This document shows, piece after piece, positions 25,979-39,098 of a DNA stretch of 64,000 bases. Made by a program: the position numbers and the translations under genes. The first letter of the stretch is position 1. Each line of letters starts with the position of its first letter. Below the pieces are notes generated by a model. It saw only the letters and a program-made list of their open reading frames with translations. It made no database searches and had not been told where the DNA came from. Source of the stretch: Patellaria atrata CBS 101060 (lineage: Eukaryota); the NCBI GenBank assembly GCA_010093705.1, contig MU006091.1, forward strand, positions 496,001 to 560,000, in the 5' to 3' direction.

Positions 25979-26429
25979 AGAGATATGGATACCCATTGAT
26001 CTACTTATTCAAAAATCTTGACAAAGCGACCGGGATGGCGTTTGAACGGTATGAAAAAAATTGGCTAGAGTTAGTCATGCAATATCTGGACATGGAATCT
26101 CATTCTAGGCTTGATCCCAAATGCTCTGGTTCTACCGTAATTGTCCACTCTGAGTGATACGAGGAGATAACCAGTCCACAGGTTTGTGATCTACATCCAC
26201 GTAAACGCTCGAATCGACAGCTTGTACTCTTGCGACACCTCTCAATAAGGATTAATTTGAATAATATCGAGTAGTTTTCAAAGTTCATCTTTCCGTATTC
26301 ATAGAAGTTTACTTTCGTAACAATCTCAATAGTCTTACATCAGTTGTTATTCAACTAATTATCTTCCAATGTATCCCCCAAGACATATCCTCGTTTTCAA
26401 GTCAAGATTTTAATCCATAAATTCAACCT

Positions 26430-27170
26430 CTATTCGACCCCGAAGATCTCCGCAAAGGGATCCTCACTCTGACCCAAGTAATTCCATTCCATCATGTTCT
26501 TCACCCTGACGAACTCATCATGTCCGTACATCATCTCAAGCCAGCCTAGCATCATATCGCCCCCGGCGCTAACGCCTGAACTCGTCCAAAGCTTCCCATC
26601 CACCACCCACCGCGCCTTGCCGATCCAGTTCACCTGCGGCCGCTGACTCGACACCCACTTGAACGCGGCCTTATTCGTCGTAGCATTCATACCGTCGATT
26701 TTGCCCGTCCGCGAAAGCAGCGCGGTTCCGGTACACACGGTCATCATATACTTTAGTTCTGGGTGGTCCCATCGCTCCGCCAGGAAGTCCACGTGCGGCT
26801 GTGTCACGTTCAAGTTGCGGGTTCCGCTGCCGCCCGGTGTCAAGACTACATCGAAGGGCATGCTCCGCGCTTCCTCGAGGGTGTGCGTGGGTAGGATCCG
26901 CTGCGAGAAGTTGGGGGAGGCGGAAGTCTCGAACATGGAGCCTGGGAGAAAGCTGCGGTCTATGGGCACCGAGTCGAGAGTCGTAGAGAGCAGGGAGAGC
27001 GTCATCGGGTGTGCGATACTCATGAGGTTGAGGGAGTTAAGGGGCGCGAAGATGTCGAGGGCTGTGAGGGCTGGGAAGAGGAGCACGGCGATACGGACGG
27101 GGTCTAAGGGGTGAGCTTTGGGTCAAATGGGGCGTGGATTGGATAAGACGGTACCTGTTACGTTGACCAT
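26430..27170 (-). CDS. DJ-1/PfpI family protein (InhA/isonitrile-hydratase-like subgroup)
   Basis: Short first exon MVNVT with an intron at about 27106-27154, then DPVRIAVLLFPALTALDIFAP, TPGGSG, nucleophile elbow VCTG and RWVVDGKLWTSSGVSAG. Confidence 0.85.
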
Positions 27171-28028
27171 GATTGCGATGTTATTCGAGACAGTGATTAT
27201 ACAGTGCTTGAGATAGTATTTACAGAGTACAGAGAAAACTATGAACAGGTTACACAAACAACGGAAATATCCAACCCACAAACATCGGCTTAACGCCTGC
27301 TTTTATACTCACCATAGCACTATAACCACTTTCTCCCCTAACCGAGTCCAGGAACCCAATAGCCAAGACTCCATCTCTTGGTTTTGCGATCTAGTCAATA
27401 TATATAAATGAAAAAATGAATCGTATCGCTTAAGGCACTCCCAGATCATACTGTTTCCCACACTTGACCCAGCATCCCAGCTCGCGACGGTGACAAGAGA
27501 GCAACTTTGAGCACATATTCCGGCGAGCCCTTGGGACCCCGCCTTCAACAGGCGCTTCTGAGAGATATCGAAATATTGGGTGAGAGGTCATGAGTTTGTG
27601 AAGTCGGTTTTAAGGCGACCAATGTGCTCGCTCACGTGCAGTGCGGGTATGGGGAATATGATGTTGACGGTTACAATTTACAGGAATGATGGTTTAAAGT
27701 TAGCAGAGGAGTTGGGTATCCAGAATCCAGGGACTTGAAGAGACAGGGTTGGTGTCGAGTCGAAATGTGCTCAATGCGTCTGGGGTTGGAGCTTGGCGGG
27801 AATTCTTGCTTCGAACTGCATATTGATGAGAAACCATCTGCTTGTTTGTGGTACGACCTCTTAGGTTCAACTTTATATGAGTTAAATACTGTGGTTGCGC
27901 TCTGCGCGCTTTCGTTTTATTCTATTGACTAAGATATTTTTCTATACAACGAATCTACTGGATATATTCTACCCTAGGCCCTAGGAGAAGGCCTCCCGTC
28001 ATAGCCGTCCAAGAAAATACCAGTTCAT

Positions 28029-29570
<1,542 letters not shown>

Positions 29571-29662
29571 CTTTCCTAGCAGTGTAGAGATGCGAGGAAC
29601 AAGTGGAGGGAGGTTGCTATTGCGGGTCTCTCTGGTACTCTGGTGAGTCTTGACGAGTTAAC

Positions 29663-29670
29663 TGAGTCAT
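29663..29670 (-). promoter_or_regulatory. Gcn4/CpcA (cross-pathway control) element upstream of LYS1
   Basis: Perfect ATGACTCA on the minus strand about 95 bp upstream of the LYS1 ATG. Confidence 0.6.
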
Positions 29671-32600
29671 AGTTATTAGAATTGGGAAAGCAATGATGCG
29701 AGCCGTTCGCAGTTCAGACGGGAGAGCAATGGACGAATTGGAACTTACAATGCAGTTTTAACGGTCAATTGAGCTGGTTATCAGCCAACGTCGAGGTATA
29801 AATGGGCGATGAGAAAGAAGAGATGGGACAATGGTACAGACGTCTGTCGCATCATCGCGTCTCACTAAAAATTATATATTACATACTACGGAGCACGGGT
29901 CCGGTCCGCGGGGGAGAGGGGCAGATCTAATAAGCTCCGAGCCGATGCTAATTCTTCACTATGCCTTTTCTGGTGGTGGACAGGATATGAACAAATGATG
30001 TCGGATTATCTCGCAACTCCTCCTAAGTCGTATTCATAAGTAACTTACATGAACTGTAGTCAATTCAGCTGAGAACTTTCTCCTAATCCTGATGCGCATA
30101 AAAAGTGGTGAATTTCGTAGTTGTGTGGTCGAGAGCAAAATGTAGGTAACAATAAGCGATGGAAGTCACGGCTAAGCTAGCCGATGGAAGTTTTAGCCTC
30201 CGAATTCGACCGTCAACACGACTTTGTTTGTGTTTTCAGTCCACCAGCTCCTTCCATCATCTCGTCAAGAGAAACTGAACTTCACTTCTAATCCGAAAGA
30301 TATCGCACATGGATCTTCAACATTTTTTCTCGAGATCTCAGATAATTGAATTAATTACTTTCTTTACTAACCGTTAAGCAAATGACCAATAAAATTCGTG
30401 CGTTTAAGAACAGGCGTTCAGATATATCAACTAAAGAAACTTTTGTTCTCTTACGAAAGTACACGAATTTCAAACAAGATGATAGCCTGGATAAAATAGA
30501 ATGCATTTTTAGGATTAGATTAAAGAGATTCAGGTATCTAGGTACGCTCTTAAGAATCAGTATCATACCAGATCCACTTCTCATATGGCTTCCCCTTGTT
30601 CAGAACATAGGCGCGGAGGACGAGCAAAGCGCTCCATATCATGTTCCCGTCCGGTTCTTGTCATCATGAATTTCGATCATAGGTTACAAAGCTGGAGTAT
30701 AATATGTCGCGACAACGGCTACTGCCCATGGGATCACCTCAGTCATTATCATGTCATTTAGGGTTCTCGTCAGAATATTTCTACCTTCTGCCCCCGTTGA
30801 TCCTGGGTCAATACCACAAGTTTCCTATTCGTATCTTAAGACCGCTAGACACTTTTCTACCGCTCCTTCCATACGAATGACATGTACGGGTGAACTGAGA
30901 AATGTACTTTTGAGTAAGGATATATAATGGTGGGAAGCCGGGAACACCAAGCCGGCTGTAAGATTTTTATCGTAAAAGAAAATGTCGAGAGAGATCCGAC
31001 TCGTACCGCTACTCAAGAAGATATAAGATACCATTCCATAGGATCGCTTACACGTATCCCGTACTACTGGCGGATCAAAAACAACAGCTGGACCGGCACA
31101 GTCAAACATTATACATAGTACGATTTAGAGAAAAACGATGACCCAGGTGCGATTACCAATGGACTTATCAAAGTACTTTTTTCCTGGCTGCTGAGGGATT
31201 CCGAGAGCGACGAGGTGTCTTCACCAAGAGAAAGGAAACGGATCCAGCATACGCCGCTGGTGGTCACACCACGAGCAAGGATCCTCATCCACAATGAATA
31301 CGCGTGCTCAGAACGAAATGCTGTGTGGTTGCCCTCGCAATGCGAGACGTTCGATGAAAAATAAGAGTAAATACCACATTGGGCTAGACCCAGGTGTCCC
31401 GTGCTACAAGTTGAAAATCGCGGTCAGTCGACGCGCGACGCCTGTGGTTGCACCCGCAACTAGAGCACTTAGACGTTTAACGGGAAATCTAAGCAATGGC
31501 CACATCGGGCTAGCTCTAGAAGTCCAACGAAGTTTTACGAAACAAAGCCCCGAGGAATGGATTCGTAGAGACAAAAACGCAAAATGAGCTCGATAATACT
31601 CATAACCTCAAGGAATCTGGCCAGACTGAATAAAACGCCTTCATATGGGGAAGGCGAAACAACCCAGCGATGCATTTGGTTTCTGTTATACCCCTTTCTT
31701 CAAACTATGAGTTTCTCTTTATTTATGATGTACCCTATTCGGAATCCGGGGTGGGAGACCCTACGGTGAGTATAAGAGATTGGTCTCTGAGTAAGATTCC
31801 ATCTGGGTCGAATTAAAAGTAGGAAGGTCTTCGTTCGTTACAATGTTTGGCTAATCTAGGGGACCTTTCGCTGTAACGGAGCTGATGTGGTGTTTACGCA
31901 TCTTCGAAATGGTCCATTCTGGGTCGAGTTTGTATTCACATCTATCTTGATCTTTTCTTTTGGGTCATATCCCCCTAGTCACCCTTCTATATTGTGATTT
32001 TTCTGTGGACTCGTTCCATGTTCGACTGTTGATCTATCCCTTACAACAGGAAGCACGCCAACTGGAAATCTAAATGGGAAGCGCGACATTTTTCTTTGCC
32101 TTTCCTTTGTTCATATACCGCCAGGAAGAACTTTGATCTGCGTACTTCCCATCGCGAAGAGTTCATGCCAGTTGTTCACAGTATATTTCGATGCTGTCCA
32201 TTGGGAACCGTGTAACTAAGTGGAGTATGACCACGTCTTTAGTCCGACAAATGTCCACCCTGAGCTATGCGGGCGCCATATAGATGATTGAATGGAGTAG
32301 ATAAAGAAGGAAAGGTCCATCTAGAACGATTTCAGAGTGCAGCACACGAGCATTTCTTGATGGGACACGTGCTTGCTAGACATGTCACGGAGCAAGACCA
32401 TGTACAGTACCGGAAAGAGAAGGAATGTGGAGTTATTCCCACAAGTCGTGAACTTGTAGAGTATCGACATGCAAGGAAACATATGGGTGTCTTAATATGT
32501 CTACAAGGGGACAGATACTCCACCAGTAACTTTACCTCGGTGGAAACTGGCAATATCGATGTATTATTGGAGATGGAGCAAATCACGCAAATGAACCAAA

Positions 32601-33735
32601 GGAGAGAGCTGCAGTAAACGGCAGATGTCGTTTGGGAAATTATTGTCCGAGAAAATTCAGCGAGGCAAATGAAAGCGAGACGCGCTCCTGGCCTAAACGA
32701 AAAATTCGAAAAGAACAGTGGCTTCTATCGGACCAAGAAAAAGCGCCTGGAATACATACTTGAGGCCTGGAATAAATGCGCAGGAAAGCTAAGCCTACGC
32801 ACAAACTATTACACACATGAGGTAAATGCTTGTTCTAGTGTGGCTTTTGGAAAACGACAAATACGTCTGACAAGGGATTCTGGAACCTTGTCAACCCCAT
32901 AATGGTCGAGCACCCCACTCTCTATGACAGTAACGTTGACGTCTTTGTAAATCTCTCCCGATATGTGACAAATCTATCTCTAACTATGTTGTTGATCAGA
33001 TATGTCGGAGTCACCATGTGTCTTTGCGGATCGACTGATGGGCAAAATACCCATCCAGCTGAGATTATTTATTGTAAAAGAGCTTGAAAAACAACAGACA
33101 AATAGCACTGGCTTTACTCTCACGAATGAAGCGAGAGCGTGCTCTATTCCATGTCGAGGGCTCGGAGATGGCCGTGAGGACGACATGCCCCCAACTAGGC
33201 GATCATGCTGATGGACCATTGCCACGGAGTTGGACCTTGCTACAGGAAGGTGATTTGGTCGGTCATGCCTGATGATGAAGAGATGAAAGACAAGGGACCT
33301 GGTGTTAGAGTACGCCTTGTGGGTTCAGAAATCGTCCTAACATTAGAACGATTTGAAGCTTTAGAAAACTAGAAGATGGGGGATGCTCAGATCTTTTTTT
33401 TTGGACAACTCTGAACGAATGAGAGAAACATGTGCCCTGTCTGATCTGACCAATGAATGAACGATATTAATGTTTCTTCCTCGAACTGAGGCGGGTAAAT
33501 CTCGCAGAACCATGAGAGTGCTCGTGGGTGTCGACAGGCACCGTGAGTGCGGCTAGAGTCAAAGATGCAGTTGGTATGCGCAATTGGTCAAAAGGGCCAT
33601 TGCGATCCGACTCCACGGATCAAGTGTTGCAACAGAGGGATACAGAGGCATACTGTGGTACAGAGGCGAAGCAGATGCGATGCAGAGTTACAGAAATTCG
33701 TGGGCAGGGCTGGACAAATCCTGAGATAGAGCTAC

Positions 33736-34214
33736 GCACGTGGGAGCTCTGATTGGATCTCGAATGGAGTCGGAGGAGGTTGAACCAAGCAACCTTGGCA
33801 GCGGAAGGCGACTTGGCGGACTTGGCAACCGCGGACCCTTCCATGCCTCTTCGGCCTCTGAAAATGCTCAGCCAGACTCGCTAGAAGAAGGAACGACTTC
33901 GCCCAAGCCGGCCTAGGAAGCAACGACCGCGAACTATGCACTCGTTTTCGGGTCATGCAGGAGCTTTCATATACCTTACAGCTCACTGCATGTGGCACTA
34001 AGACTTTGATATTTGCTCGAATGCCTGTCATTCCCAAGACATCCAAGAAGTTGCCAAGTTAGTTCGGCTCATCCAGGTGTGTAGATTATGCTGGAAGAGC
34101 ATCTGCTCCGACATCTTCTCTTACGCCGTCGTGGGCGTCGGTGGGATGTAGCCCTTCACGGATCATCCTTTTACTGTACTTGAAAGCCTTGAACGTTTAA
34201 TCTGGTTACACGTT
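33736..34214 (+). promoter_or_regulatory. Pho4/NUC-1-type and PacC-type sites in the PHO89 promoter
   Basis: GCACGTGGG at 33736-33744 and CACGTT at 34209. PacC consensus GCCARG appears as CTTGGC at 33794, 33812 and 33821 and as GCCAAG at 34053. Confidence 0.65.
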
Positions 34215-34451
34215 CTACCTACAGGCATGTCTATTGGAAGTTGATATAGCCTTAACCCGGCTCACTCCAACCCTAATACGTGACTGGGGTTTGTTTGATT
34301 TTTCATCGTGGCTAACCTTCGCGATGCTGCATCCTCGATATAAAGATAAACCCACCCCAGAACACCTGCTTCTGATCCTTGTGCTTCACACTTTCTTCAA
34401 GTATCAACTTCCCAAACGCTAGTCAGACTTCTTCTCCCAAAGTTTGACAGC

Positions 34452-36343
34452 ATGGCTGTCCATCAGTTTGACTACATTTTCGCCTTGGGCGTGATTTTCG
34501 CCTTCCTCGATGCGTGGAACATCGGTATGCTATGCTTCGCTAGGTAGCTTGATGTGAACTTCATACTAACGAGCAAAAGGTGCTAACGATGTCGCCAACT
34601 CGTTCGCGACATCGGTTTCTTCCCGTTCTCTTACCATGATGCAAGCTATGGGCATTGCTACTGTCATGGAGTTCACTGGCGCTATGGCTGTTGGAGCTGA
34701 AGTCGCAGACACCATCCGTACTAAAGTCGTTGATCCGGATCTGTTCGCTGAGGCTCCAACTGTTCTCATGTTGGGAATGTTGTGTGCCATTGTCGGATCC
34801 TCAATCTACCTAACCATAGCTACGAGGCTCGGTTTGCCTGTCAGCACAACTCACTCCATCATGGGCGGTGTTATCGGTTCGTCTATCGCCTCAGTTGGAG
34901 CAGCTCAGGTGAACTGGGGTTGGGATGGTGTCTCTCAAGTGTTTGCTGCATGGGCTATTGCTCCAGCCTTGGCCGGTTCCTTCGCTTCCATCATTTTCCT
35001 CGTCACCAAATACGCAGTTATGAAGCGCCAAAATCCCGTCCGCAACGCGTTTTATACCGTTCCATTCTACTTCGCGCTGACATCCGGACTATTGACCAGT
35101 ACGTTCCAATATCTGCTTAGTATTGCAACTTCAGCTAACCACTATCGTAGTGCTTATCGTCTGGAAGGGTGCTTCATCTAAGATCAAACTCTCAGGTGGC
35201 GAGATTGCTGGAACCATCCTCGGTGTTGCTTTCGGAGTTGCGGCCCTTGTCTGCATCTTCTTCCTACCATACCTTTATCGAAAGCTTATCTGCGATGACT
35301 GGGAGCTGAAGTGGTGGCAAATCCCTCAAGGTCCCCTTCTCCTCCGTAGGCCCGCACCATCACCCCAACCAGAGGGCTACAACGACGGTATTCAAAACTA
35401 CTATCGCGGCCACAAGACACTTGCTGAGCTCCAAGCTGAGAGGGAGGCCAAAGCGGCGGCGGCGGCCACGAATCCCACTGATGTTGAAAAGAACGCACAC
35501 TACACCGCGAAGAGCACCGCTTCTTCTGACAATATCACCCCTGACGGAACTACCCACAAGCATGTTGCACTCGTTGATGAGGATCTTGAGCCAAGACGAA
35601 TTCCCCCACCAGGACCTTGGTATTCTCCCAACGTCGCCTTCTGGCATGCCAAGCGCGCCTTTTTGCACGGTGTCGAGAAAGACGTTGTCAGCTCTCAAAA
35701 GACGAAGAGTGTCCTTTCCGGTGATCTTGAACGGACTCATGCCCTTGCCGAACACTACGATAACAAGGCTGAATACATGTACTCGTTCCTCCAGGTCTTG
35801 ACCGCTGCGACCTCATCTTTCGCCCACGGAGCTAACGATATCTCAAACGCTGTTGGTCCTTTTGCTACCATCTACCTCATCTGGAACACCAACAACGTGA
35901 GCTCCAAGGTTCCTGTACCTCACTGGATCCTCGCTTTCGGTGGTGGTGCCCTCGTCATTGGTCTCTGGACTTATGGTTACAATATCATGCGTAATTTGGG
36001 TAACCGCATCACTCTTCACTCGCCATCGCGCGGTTTCTCCATGGAACTCGGTAGCGCTATCACCGTCATCATGGCTACTCGTCTAAGTGAGTTTAACTTT
36101 TTATTCCCTCAACCATGATTTGCGACTAATGAAACTATAGAACTCCCCGTCTCTACCACTCAGTGTATCACTGGTGCCACCGTCGGTGTCGGTCTCTGCA
36201 ACGGCACCTGGAGAACCATCAATTGGCGCATGGTCGGCTGGATCTACGGCGGTTGGATCATCACCCTCCCCGTCACCGGCATCATCGCCGGCTGTCTCAT
36301 GGGCATCATCATCAACGCCCCAACATGGGACAGCCCGTTGTAA
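34452..36343 (+). CDS. PHO89: Na+/phosphate symporter (PiT/PHO4 family, Pho89-like)
   Basis: Four exons. AWNIGANDVANSFATSV, LPVSTTHSIMG, SFAHGANDISNAVGP, HSPSRGFSMELG and LPVSTTQCITGA. Confidence 0.95.
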
Positions 36344-36547
36344 ACTCTTGGCTTCAAAAATGGGGTTTTCTTCGCCTATTCATGTACAACTTTTTCTCTC
36401 TAAGGGCATAGGGCATGGCGGGTTTGGGGTATCTTGACGATTTGAACGCGTCACTGTCCTTTTTTTATTTCTCTCTCTATGTGATGATACAGCCAGCCTA
36501 TATATCAATCGCTAATCTAACGTCTTTGCAAGACGGAATTACCTCTA

Positions 36548-37273
36548 TTATGAGCCTTTTGCGGTGTAGTGAGTCAGGGTGGTGGATACGCGATCGCTAA
36601 GTGCTGGTCGTACCATGCAGAGCGTCGTGTAGGACCCATGACCGGTGACGTCCACGGTCACAGAGTCCCGCTCCTCGAAGCCGAATTTGCGGTACAGCCG
36701 CACGCTGACGGGCGAGGCTTCGATGTACGCAGCCACGTCTTCCGCATCCGCGAGCGAGACGATCTGCTGCAGGAGGAGGGATGCGGCGCCCTTCCCTTGG
36801 TGGGCGGGGGATGTGGCTAGGAGTTCGATGTCTGGATTACGTTAGGACGCTCGAGGCAAGGGGGGGCTTTTTAAGGGGGTAAGAGAAAATAACTCACACC
36901 AATGTCCCCTCCCACCCATCACCCTCCTCCTAACCTCCTCCAGGCGGCCGAAAAACACATCGCAGAGTTCTGCGTCCGAACCCTCGGGCCAGGTTGACTC
37001 TTCGGCCGGTTTCTCGGTCCATGTGCTAGGGGCCCGGTTGCCTTTGATCCAGGAGATCGTTTCGGACCCGTTGGAGGTTAGGGTAACGGCTTTTAGGAAT
37101 ACGGCGGCTGGGTCTGAGAGCTCGGAGGAGAGCATGCGGGACCACCAGGCGTGGATGGGGGCAGTGTGGGGGAAGGCGCGCAGGGCGAAGGCGTTGGTGA
37201 AGGAGGCGAAGTAGATTGTGAGGATTGTAGGGAGGTCGGAGGGTGTGAGGGGGTGGGGTGTTATTTGGGACAT
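36548..37273 (-). CDS. GNAT-family N-acetyltransferase
   Basis: One intron (about 36833-36897). Exon 2 gives WYIELLATSPAHQGKGAASLLL (acetyl-CoA motif A) and YIEASPVSVRLYRKFGF. Confidence 0.88.
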
Positions 37274-38015
37274 TGGGGGTGAGGGGGAGGGGAAGGGGGG
37301 AAGAGGGGGAAAGGTGATGTGGGGTGATGGAATGGCAATGGGGATGGGGTGAACGTTGAAATGGGAAACATGGAGTGCGAGGTGGAGTGCTTATATGTCT
37401 TTGGACTGCTGCACTCGATATACTTTATACTGTGGACACCGAAGCTCGATATGTTTTTGAAATATGAATTTATGCTGCGGTGTCTGATAATGGACCGCGC
37501 TGGTGGTGTTGAAGTTTTAAGGCGGTGTTGGGATGAATAATCCCGGGCCATACCTTATGGAGGAGCACGGCATCCTTGCTAGGCTATGTCACCATGGCAC
37601 GATAGGAAAGGTGCAAAAGTTTACACTAACGACAGATATAAATCTGGGATAACCTCCCATCCCGTCTTGATGTTCTATCTCAATTTACGTTCTTGAATCT
37701 CCACCCTAAGGAATAATGTTAGGATAGTTAGCTAACTTTAGTTCTAATCTTTCATTTGGTAAGTGCTATGTTATATACTGTACTGTTTAGTACAGTTGAA
37801 ACAACCTCTCGCATTGTAGTACTTGTAGATTTAGCTATATGTCCAGAAATAAAGATAAATATTAAAGTTCTTTTTTCACAAAGCCTTGTCAAAAATAAGA
37901 GTGCACTCTGTAGTAATAAAGAATCGTCTCATATTTACCATATCATTCGCAATGGAAGAGGAGATCATTCAAAAAGGATCAAAAACAAAAGGGAAAACCG
38001 AAGTTAAATTTTTTC

Positions 38016-38198
38016 AAAAAACAAAACAATTGGACCCGTAAGGCCTCCTTGAACCCCCCCGGACGGGTTTTTGCTGTCACTGCTCCATTGACCTGAGGCT
38101 TACCGTTAAAGCCGCCCGGACGGAGTTTCGAACCGACGACGTTCGGGGAGGGGGCCCGGAGTTGTGGTTAAACTGCCTGACTGCTCTGCCACAAGTTA
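38016..38198 (-). ncRNA. Putative tRNA-derived RNA polymerase III transcript (structured ncRNA, SINE head or tRNA pseudogene)
   Basis: A-box-like TGGCAGAGCAG (38191-38181), B-box-like GGTTCGAAACTCC (38134-38122), T4/T6 terminator (38026-38016), and long self-complementarity between 38161-38140 and 38065-38045. Confidence 0.5.
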
Positions 38199-39098
38199 GT
38201 TAAGAATACAATTTCTCCCGGTCAAGTATAAAGTACCGGGTGGATGCCAAAAGGGGAACTAATGCCAAGCGCGGTATTGTTGCTCAGGGACGGCTAAATG
38301 GAGTGAATAGGGGGGCATCACGTGCGATACTGGAACGTTTATGGCCCAGGGAGATTTAGCTTGACTCGGTTTCTTTTGTGTTATTGCTATAATCATGCTT
38401 GCTTCTCCGTCATCCCCTTTTCTTCAATCAGGAAAGCAAAATTGCACAGGACAATAGTGGTATATTCAAGCTCATTTCGCGCTAGTACCCTCCAAACAGT
38501 CATATCAACTGGAAGGATATTCTCTTAATGGAAGGTGTAACATGCCTCCCTTATATTCGTATCCGGGCAGTCCTCTCATTCATTCTTCCAGCATTAAACG
38601 GACCTTCACCGCACCTTAGCTAGTAAATTGTAAAAATACCGTTCTTTCTCAACCTCTGACAATAAAACCGCATTTAGAAAAGACGATTTTGACAAGGTGT
38701 GTACGGATCACCTTAACACATTGACCACTTAAAACCGCCGTTCAAAAAAGGAGAACAAATCCGCAGAACAAACCTCCTTCTACCATATAGGCGGAGAGGC
38801 GAAGTAAACCACCGCAGCTCTATCTAGTCTAGACAAGGTAGGGCAGTGGTTTGGCCCGGGAACTGCTCCTGGAACATCAATGTTGCCTGTCTACGTCCCG
38901 TACTGAAGTCACATTAATGACACCTTCGCACGGCGGAAGTGAGGGAAAGCAATATTACATCGAGCGAAGCGACCGCTGTATATTGGCTATTCTCCTACCC
39001 ACAATACAATCTACATCCAATGTTTTCAGTAGAAACGCCTTCCAATGCATCCAAACCCCTACTCCCATCCAATGCTATGCTCCCAATATTCCAATTCA

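Noticed and set aside
38110..38198. A functional tRNA gene
   Set aside because: The acceptor stem does not pair, the T-loop is oversized and there is no convincing anticodon arm. Reported as a tRNA-derived unit instead.
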